A stretch of DNA of 64,000 nucleotides, taken from Patescibacteria group bacterium (GTDB lineage Bacteria; Patescibacteriota; Patescibacteriia; XYB2-FULL-38-15). Of this stretch, positions 57,752-64,000 are shown piece by piece (the first letter of the stretch is position 1; every line of letters begins with the position of its first letter). Location of the stretch: positions 191,061 through 255,060 of the forward strand of contig JBGSRW010000008.1 in the NCBI GenBank assembly GCA_041737355.1. Direction: 5' to 3'. The position numbers and the translations under genes were made by a program. The notes beneath the pieces were generated by a model. The model did not search any database. It saw nothing but the letters and a program-made list of their open reading frames with translations, and had not been told where the DNA came from.

Positions 57752-58996
57752 ATGCGCGCTGAAATGAGTCCAGATTTACAAAAACAAATTACGCCCGAAG
57801 CCAAAGAAGCCGTTGCGCAAATCGACGGAGCAACCGAATCTTCGGAAAGCCATCCCGACCATAATGAAGATCGGGCCTTTTTCAATCAAGAAAAAAAGAC
57901 GATTGGCGTTCTGGACGGCGCCGGCGGCGGCATGGCCGGTGAAAAAGCCAGCGATTTAGCCGCTAAAATTGTTTCGCGGGAATTAAAAAAAATACCCGAT
58001 GGCGCCAGCGCAATCGATTGCCGTAAGGCCATCTCCTCGATTCTTGAGAGCGCCCACCAGTCCGTACTGAATCTTGGTAATAATGAGTTTTTCCAATATT
58101 TGGACCGCGATGCCTGGAAGCAGGACACCGGCAACCTCTTGTGGGATGACCCCGCTCAAATAGACGCGGAAATAGCAAAAACCGGATGGAAACCAAAAAT
58201 TTCAGCAGCCGATAAATTCAAGGGGAAACCGCAGGATGAAATTTTTAAAGCGCAAGAAGCGGCGGGATTTACTACGCCCACTGCAACAACTGCTTCAATA
58301 GCAAAATTATTTGAACGTCCCGGCGGCAAAACCGAGATGGTTTACGGGCATATCGGCGACAGCCGTATTTACGTCCTAAAAAAAGACGGGAAAATAAAAC
58401 AAATTACCCAGGATCAGGGCGGATTCGAGGAGGCCATAAAACATAAAATTATAACAAAAGACGAGGCTGAAGTTCTCGATCAATCTTCCGACCAAAAAAT
58501 TCTGGAAAAAAAATTCGGCAAAGACAGGGCCGAAGTTTTGCAGGCCTATTTTCCGCAACTCAGACGGTCGGTTACTCAAGAACTTGGCTTAACAAAGGAA
58601 ATCACCCCCCAAATCGGTACGGTTGATCTGGAGCCGGGCGACCGGGTTCTTTTCACTTCCGACGGAATCCACGACAACCTGACCAACCAGGAAATAGAAC
58701 AACTCCTGAAAAGCGGCAGCTCGACCGAAGCGGCGCAAAAAATTGTCGATTCGGCAAAAAAACGGGTAGCGGAAGGGACGATGCGATCGAAAAGAGACGA
58801 CAAAACGGCTATTGTCATGGATGTTCCTGAGGCAATAGAGGAAATTTCTGCCGAGGATATAACCGAAGAACCGGAAGAGATTGTTGAATTAGGAGAGGAA
58901 GACGTTGAGGCCGTCCCGATTGAAGTTATGGAAGCCGAGGACAAAAGAAAAAGCGAGAAAAAAATAAAAGAAATAAGAAAAGCAATTGGACTATAA
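57752..58996 (+). CDS. PP2C-family Ser/Thr protein phosphatase with large insertion and acidic C-terminal tail
   Basis: GVLDGAGGGMAGEKAS (PP2C motif 2-like), GHIGDSRIYVL, FTSDGIHDNL. About 120-aa insertion between motifs. E-rich tail. Confidence 0.65.
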   Translation: MRAEMSPDLQKQITPEAKEAVAQIDGATESSESHPDHNEDRAFFNQEKKTIGVLDGAGGGMAGEKASDLAAKIVSRELKKIPDGASAIDCRKAISSILESAHQSVLNLGNNEFFQYLDRDAWKQDTGNLLWDDPAQIDAEIAKTGWKPKISAADKFKGKPQDEIFKAQEAAGFTTPTATTASIAKLFERPGGKTEMVYGHIGDSRIYVLKKDGKIKQITQDQGGFEEAIKHKIITKDEAEVLDQSSDQKILEKKFGKDRAEVLQAYFPQLRRSVTQELGLTKEITPQIGTVDLEPGDRVLFTSDGIHDNLTNQEIEQLLKSGSSTEAAQKIVDSAKKRVAEGTMRSKRDDKTAIVMDVPEAIEEISAEDITEEPEEIVELGEEDVEAVPIEVMEAEDKRKSEKKIKEIRKAIGL

Positions 58997-59041
58997 AGAT
59001 AACTAAAAATCCCGCCTTCTGGCGGGATTTTTTTATTTTAC

Positions 59042-60835
59042 CTATTTTCTTTTTTCAATTTCCTTTTTTAATTTTTCAATAAATTTCTTCAAGGTCATGG
59101 ACACCGTTTTCTGTTTACCGCGGATTCTGACGTTCAAGTTTTTCCCGCCCATTTCCTTGTCCCCTATTACAAGTATGTAAGGAGTTTTGTTCTTCTCCGC
59201 TTTTCTTATTTTATATCCGACGGTTTCGTTGAAATCGTCGACATGAACCCGCAAGCCTTCTTCCTTTAAAATTTTAGCCAGCTTGAAGGACGGCTTAACG
59301 TGCCGCTTACCGACGGGTATAACATCGACCTGGACCGGGGCGAGCCAAGCTGGAAACGCTCCGGCGTAATGTTCAATCAAAAATCCGATTAATCTTTCGT
59401 GGGTTGAAAGAGGCGCCCGGTGAATGCAAATCGGGGTTTTATCTTTATTGTCAGCATCTTTGTATTTTAGTCCGAATCTTTCCGGCACAGCGAAGTCGAC
59501 CTGGTTAGTTGCCAAGGTAAATTCCCGGCCGATGGCACTCCAGATTTGCACATCAATTTTAGGGCCATAAAAAGCGGCTTCGTCGGCAACTTCTACAAAT
59601 GGAATTTTTCCCTTTTTCATCGCCCCGCGGACCATATTTTCCGTCTTTTCCCACAACTCGGGATTGTTAATATATTTCTTTCCCAATCCTTCTTTGCTAT
59701 GGAGAGAAAGACGCATGACATATTTCTTGATGCCAAAAATCTTAAAATACTTTACGTATAATTTTATAACTCCCATAAACTCATCTGCAAACTGCTCTTC
59801 GGTGCAATAAATATGGGCGTCGTTCATTGAAAGCATCCTGACGCGCATCAAGCCAAAAAGTTCTCCGCTCTTCTCGTATCGGTAGCAGGTTCCATATTCC
59901 GCGAGGCGTAAGGGGAGATCGCGGTAGCTCTTCGGATCGGCCGCATAAATCTGATGATGATGCGGGCAATTCATTGCTTTAAGGTAATAAGTTGATTTTT
60001 GTCCACCCTCTTCGGTCATCACCATCGGGGGAAACATGCTTTCTTTATAATAAGGAAGGTGCCCAGAAGTAAGATACATCTCTTCTTTCGCCAAGTGTGG
60101 CGTCCGGACTTGCACATAGCCGGCCTCGGTCTCAGCTTCATGGGCCAATTTTTCAAGCTGCTCAATGATTACCGCGCCATTCGGCAACCAAAGCGGCAAT
60201 CCAGGACCGACCAGATCGCTAAAAGCAAAAATTTTCAGATCCTTTCCGATTTTCCGATGGTCTCTTTTTTCCGCTTCCTCGCGCATTTTTAAATATTCAT
60301 CCAGCTCTGATTGCTTCAGGAAAGCTACACCATAAACGCGCTGAAGCATCGGGCGTTTCTCGTCGCCGCGCCAATAGGCTCCCGCAACGGAAGTCAATTT
60401 AAAAATACCCAGTTCCTTCGTCGAGGAAACGTGAGGCCCCCGACAAAGATCTGTAAATTTTCCCGTTTTATAAATCGTGACAACCTCTCCCATTTTTTCC
60501 ATATCCCCGCCCTCTCCTTTTGTCCCCTCTCTCAATAATTCAAGTTTATAATCCTGCTTGTATTGCTCAAACATTTTTATTGCTTCGTCCTTCGAAATTT
60601 CCATTTTTTCAAATGGCAGATTCTTTTCCGCGATCGCCTTCATCTTGGCCTCAATTTTTGGCAAATCGGTTGCGATTAACGGTTTATCAAGTTCAAAATC
60701 GTAATAAAAACCGTTTTCAACGGCCGGCCCCACTCCGAATTTAGCCCGGGGAAACATTTCCAAAATAGCCGCCGCTAAAAGATGCGCCGTTCCGTGCCTA
60801 ATAATTTCTAATTTTTCTTTATCCATATAAAACAA
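59042..60835 (-). CDS. thrS: Threonyl-tRNA synthetase
   Basis: HRDLPLRLAEYGTCYRYEKSGELFGLMRVR class II motif 2 region, C-terminal anticodon-binding domain. Lacks the long N-terminal TGS/editing extension (597 aa). Confidence 0.9.
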   Translation of the reverse strand: MFYMDKEKLEIIRHGTAHLLAAAILEMFPRAKFGVGPAVENGFYYDFELDKPLIATDLPKIEAKMKAIAEKNLPFEKMEISKDEAIKMFEQYKQDYKLELLREGTKGEGGDMEKMGEVVTIYKTGKFTDLCRGPHVSSTKELGIFKLTSVAGAYWRGDEKRPMLQRVYGVAFLKQSELDEYLKMREEAEKRDHRKIGKDLKIFAFSDLVGPGLPLWLPNGAVIIEQLEKLAHEAETEAGYVQVRTPHLAKEEMYLTSGHLPYYKESMFPPMVMTEEGGQKSTYYLKAMNCPHHHQIYAADPKSYRDLPLRLAEYGTCYRYEKSGELFGLMRVRMLSMNDAHIYCTEEQFADEFMGVIKLYVKYFKIFGIKKYVMRLSLHSKEGLGKKYINNPELWEKTENMVRGAMKKGKIPFVEVADEAAFYGPKIDVQIWSAIGREFTLATNQVDFAVPERFGLKYKDADNKDKTPICIHRAPLSTHERLIGFLIEHYAGAFPAWLAPVQVDVIPVGKRHVKPSFKLAKILKEEGLRVHVDDFNETVGYKIRKAEKNKTPYILVIGDKEMGGKNLNVRIRGKQKTVSMTLKKFIEKLKKEIEKRK

Positions 60836-60919
60836 ATCGCGGGCGGAGGGAATAAAATTTTCAAAATCATTTTTTCAATAAGAAAATTTTATATCCTCCG
60901 CCCCCTTAAAATTTACTAT

Positions 60920-62101
60920 TTATTTTTTAATTATTACCGTAACGTTATTTTTCAGTTGCGGAACTTTTTTAACCCAGAACGGAGAAAATTTTATAGTTAT
61001 TCTTTCTATTTCCGGATAAGTGGAAAGGTACTGGATAATCTGTTCCCTGTCGAGGCCAATAAATTTTTCCGTATCGAAAATCGAATTATTGGTTTTGAGG
61101 GACATCTCTCCTTCGAGGTGAACCATAATATTCGCTTCATTGGTAGCCAGATCGTATTTTTCAACTACGAAAGTAAGGGCGTTGTAATCGACATCCGCCA
61201 ATTCCTTACCGGTCGGAACTTTCGCCTGTATTTGACTCGCGGCCAGACCTTCCAGATCCCGCCTGTAAAAAGCTATTCCTACCACTTTTAATTTCATGAT
61301 GACGGTAAAAGTATCCCCTTCCTCCCCCGCTCCGAGACTGCTGCGCTTTTCATTTATCTCCTTAATCATAACTTTGCCAAAAACTTCGCCTGCAGCTTTC
61401 ATTTCTTTTTTCAGACCGTCTATAACTTGGGCTGAAAGAGCTTGAGTCAAATCGTTATACGCGTTATCCAGATCGGCTTCGGTAACAAACTTAACTTCCT
61501 TGCTCCCTCCGCTCATCGAAACCGAACTTTGGGCATAAATTTTATCCTGGAGACCGGACCATAGGCCGGGGATTGTGAAACTTGTCGGCCCGAGTTTCAT
61601 TGCTTCCTCGCTGGGTTGGTCGGCATAGACCTCTCCTTCAACCCTTCCTCCTGCCGGCACGGTAACCGATTTTTTCAAACGGTAAAGAATCCCTTCTTTG
61701 GAAAGAAAACGGGTTGTGGCAACCAACGGCTGATCCTTGCTGTAATTATTTATGATTGTAATTTTTCCCCCAACCTGGCTCTCAATCGTCTTTTTCCCGC
61801 TCGCCGGATATTCCTTGCTCCCGGAAACGGTTGTCTCGACTAACTGGCCGTCGATTGAAACAGAGCCGGGGGTTCTTACCGCCGGGATGCCGGCCTCGCC
61901 CCCCGTCTTTTTGAGATCAGCAATAAAATCGACGCTAACCGGTTCTTTCGCCAGGGAAATTGTTATTTCCGCCTTGCTTAAAACAAAATAAACCGCCAGT
62001 ACGACCAAAACTCCCGTCAGGGCTATAAATCCAAAAGCTATTTTTCTGTAAAATTTCACCGGCGCCTCCGATTTTGGCGGAGTCTTCGTTTTAGTTACCA
62101 T
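60920..62101 (-). CDS. Hypothetical membrane-anchored extracytoplasmic protein
   Basis: 393 aa. N-terminal TM (IAFGFIALTGVLVVLAVYFVL). No recognisable domain. Confidence 0.4.
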   Translation of the reverse strand: MVTKTKTPPKSEAPVKFYRKIAFGFIALTGVLVVLAVYFVLSKAEITISLAKEPVSVDFIADLKKTGGEAGIPAVRTPGSVSIDGQLVETTVSGSKEYPASGKKTIESQVGGKITIINNYSKDQPLVATTRFLSKEGILYRLKKSVTVPAGGRVEGEVYADQPSEEAMKLGPTSFTIPGLWSGLQDKIYAQSSVSMSGGSKEVKFVTEADLDNAYNDLTQALSAQVIDGLKKEMKAAGEVFGKVMIKEINEKRSSLGAGEEGDTFTVIMKLKVVGIAFYRRDLEGLAASQIQAKVPTGKELADVDYNALTFVVEKYDLATNEANIMVHLEGEMSLKTNNSIFDTEKFIGLDREQIIQYLSTYPEIERITIKFSPFWVKKVPQLKNNVTVIIKK

Positions 62102-62133
62102 ACTTCCTCCTTAAAATTATTATCTTATGATGA

Positions 62134-63615
62134 TTAAATGTCGTTGATATTCTCGTCCCTTTTCTTAAGCCATTTCCTCGTTCCCCAAATAATAGTCAAA
62201 CCGACCAACGCGCCGATAGGAAAAGAGAAAAACGGATTTTGCGCGCTTAAAAAACTGACGCGGACGGTCGTTGCGTATTTTTTAGTATAGCCATTTTCGT
62301 TTTTCGCCTCCATGGTTACGATGTAGCTGCCCGATCTGCCGTAAGAATGCTTTACCTGGTTGCCGCTGACTTTCGTACCGTCACCCAAAGTCCACGTATA
62401 GTTCAATTGGCTGACCGCCGAACCGCCGTTAACTTTAAAAATAAAAGTATTCCAGCTTATCTTGGCCGACTCAACAAAAATATTTTTAAAAGCATCATCC
62501 CCCGACAGATCTCCGTTTCCGGGTTCCTCTTCAAAAATTCCTTCGCTCCCCCCGGATGTCCCGGTGTCAGCCCCGTCTGATGCAACAACATCTTGGCCGT
62601 TTACCGCATCGCAAACATCGCCCTTCCCGTTTTTATCATTATCGGCCTGGTCTGAATTGGCTACCAGGGGGCAATTATCCTTTCCGTCAAGAACGCCATC
62701 GTTATCGGTATCCGCGTCGAGAGGATCAGTACCGATATCGCCCTCGTTGGTATCCGAAGAAGAATCATTGTCGTCATCCGTATCGCAGGCGTCGCCCTTG
62801 CCGTCCCGGTCGGTATCGGTCTGGGAAGCGTTCGCTATTGAACGACAATTGTCACGGCTGTCGGGAACTCCGTCTCCGTCGCTGTCAGATGAAGGAGGCG
62901 GGCTGCTGTTGTCAACCGTATCGCAGGCGTCGCCCTTGCCGTCCCGGTCGGTATCGGTCTGGCTTGGATTAGAAATTAGAGGACAGTTATCCTGACCATC
63001 CTTTATGCCATCATCATCGGTATCGGGATCAACCGGATTGGTTCCTATTGTGCCTTCATCGGTATCCGGCAACCCGTCGTTATCATCGTCGGAATCGCAG
63101 ACATTACCGACACCGTCGCCATCCGTGTCGGCCTGATCCGGGTTGGACGCGTTGGGACAATTATCATTTTTATCGATTATCCCGTCACCGTCACCGTCTT
63201 TTTCCGGATAAAAAAACCCTGTCAGCGCCGAATCATTTGCCGAATTATCGTCCCTCGGCTGCTGACCGAGAATATCAACTCTAATATTGAAACTCCCCTC
63301 GGGGACAACCCAGTCAACAAAAACTTCGTCGCTCAAACCGCCCGCCCTGACAGAAATAATCTGAGATGTTCCGATCAAAGTCGGACCGGCAAAAAATTGC
63401 GCTGAGCCAAGAACGTCTTTTGTTCCATAGTTTCTGATGGCCGCGTAAAGTCTTACAGGCTGACCGACGATCAGGGGTGATCCGGCGAAAAAAATATCAC
63501 CGGAACTTATTCCCAAATCATAAGTCAGCGTTTGGGCGCCGGCAGCTTGTCCACAAACCGCCAAAACTAAAATCAAGGTACCGGAAAAAATGACTTTTGT
63601 TGAGAATTTTCCCAT
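62134..63615 (-). CDS. Cell-surface protein with thrombospondin type-3 (Ca-binding) repeats and a PKD-like domain, C-terminal TM anchor
   Basis: Signal peptide, six or more DxDxDGxxDxxDNCPxxxNxxQxDxD repeats, PKD-like segment (WTLGDGTKVSGNQVKHSYGRSGSYIVT), C-terminal TM. Confidence 0.6.
   Translation of the reverse strand: MGKFSTKVIFSGTLILVLAVCGQAAGAQTLTYDLGISSGDIFFAGSPLIVGQPVRLYAAIRNYGTKDVLGSAQFFAGPTLIGTSQIISVRAGGLSDEVFVDWVVPEGSFNIRVDILGQQPRDDNSANDSALTGFFYPEKDGDGDGIIDKNDNCPNASNPDQADTDGDGVGNVCDSDDDNDGLPDTDEGTIGTNPVDPDTDDDGIKDGQDNCPLISNPSQTDTDRDGKGDACDTVDNSSPPPSSDSDGDGVPDSRDNCRSIANASQTDTDRDGKGDACDTDDDNDSSSDTNEGDIGTDPLDADTDNDGVLDGKDNCPLVANSDQADNDKNGKGDVCDAVNGQDVVASDGADTGTSGGSEGIFEEEPGNGDLSGDDAFKNIFVESAKISWNTFIFKVNGGSAVSQLNYTWTLGDGTKVSGNQVKHSYGRSGSYIVTMEAKNENGYTKKYATTVRVSFLSAQNPFFSFPIGALVGLTIIWGTRKWLKKRDENINDI
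62779..62963. repeat. Exact about 47-bp direct repeat (two copies) within TSP3-repeat gene
   Basis: ccgtatcgcaggcgtcgcccttgccgtcccggtcggtatcggtctgg occurs at about 62779-62825 and about 62917-62963. Confidence 0.6.
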
Positions 63616-63735
63616 ATTTTTGAGGAATTTTAATAAATTCCTCTCTTATTTTATTAAAACATTACACTTAAATTATAAAAGAAAACGGATTTTTTAGCAA
63701 ATCCGCTTTGTCCACAAAAATTATTTATATACAAA

Positions 63736-64000
63736 TTATTGCATTTCAACATTTCCTTCGCCGACAATCTGCTCGAGATCCTTTTTGCAGCTTTCATCGG
63801 CAACGACCGAGTAATTGGTTTCTATCTTTTTACGGCCGTTGACGCTCAAAACCGAAAGCAGAACCCTCCTGTCCCCCTTATGCTGAAAAAAAATTTCCTT
63901 TAAGCGCTGGACCTTGTCCGGGGCCAAAGAATTAAGGCGTACGCATACTGCGTTGCAGACTGGAACCCCCGCTCCGCCTGCTACATCCCCCGTTCTTCCC
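63736..64000 (-). CDS. Partial ORF (3' end; continues beyond window), function unclear
   Basis: ORF open to the window edge. Faint resemblance of ...HKGDRRVLLSVLSVNGRKK... to the IF-3 C-terminal domain. Not reliable. Confidence 0.25.
   Translation of the reverse strand, partial: GRTGDVAGGAGVPVCNAVCVRLNSLAPDKVQRLKEIFFQHKGDRRVLLSVLSVNGRKKIETNYSVVADESCKKDLEQIVGEGNVEMQ

Overview
This is a low-GC bacterial chromosomal segment (about 40-48% GC by eye) that is densely packed with genes, mostly housekeeping.

Genes recognised include ECF sigma factor plus a FecR-like anti-sigma, mltG, manC-like, mutM, a P-type ATPase, two tandem gpmI copies, pgk, gap, rpsB-tsf, rpmE, prfA, prs, prmC, rplY, ftsW/rodA, gyrB, secE-nusG-rplK-rplA, a thymidylate module (dCMP deaminase, dut, a fused double ThyX, a tmk-like kinase), gatB, miaA, miaB, a PP2C phosphatase and thrS. 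There is also a group-3-type [NiFe] hydrogenase (hydB-hydG ... hydD-hydA) with hypC and a HypA-like gene.

The repertoire (cytoplasmic group 3 hydrogenase, duplicated iPGM, ThyX, many small or hypothetical surface proteins) resembles Candidate Phyla Radiation/Patescibacteria genomes. That placement is inference. I found no rRNA, tRNA, CRISPR array, integrase or transposase.

The most unusual signal is a set of at least six short, sharply GC-rich (about 58-62%) cassettes: about 5.3-6.45 kb, 24.7-26.4 kb, 34.3-36.66 kb, 42.7-43.6 kb, 54.6-54.95 kb and 57.19-57.68 kb. Each has its own TTGACA-type promoter, a strong GGAGG ribosome-binding site, one to three ORFs of unknown function and a hairpin terminator.
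- Two cassettes carry paralogous proteins with an identical 17-nt leader motif.
- One cassette splits the normally adjacent prfA-prmC pair and carries prs.
- One encodes a His-rich protein translationally coupled to hypC.

The hydrogenase operon itself is split into two halves about 5 kb apart. All coordinates, GC estimates and domain calls were made by eye from the sequence. No searches were run.
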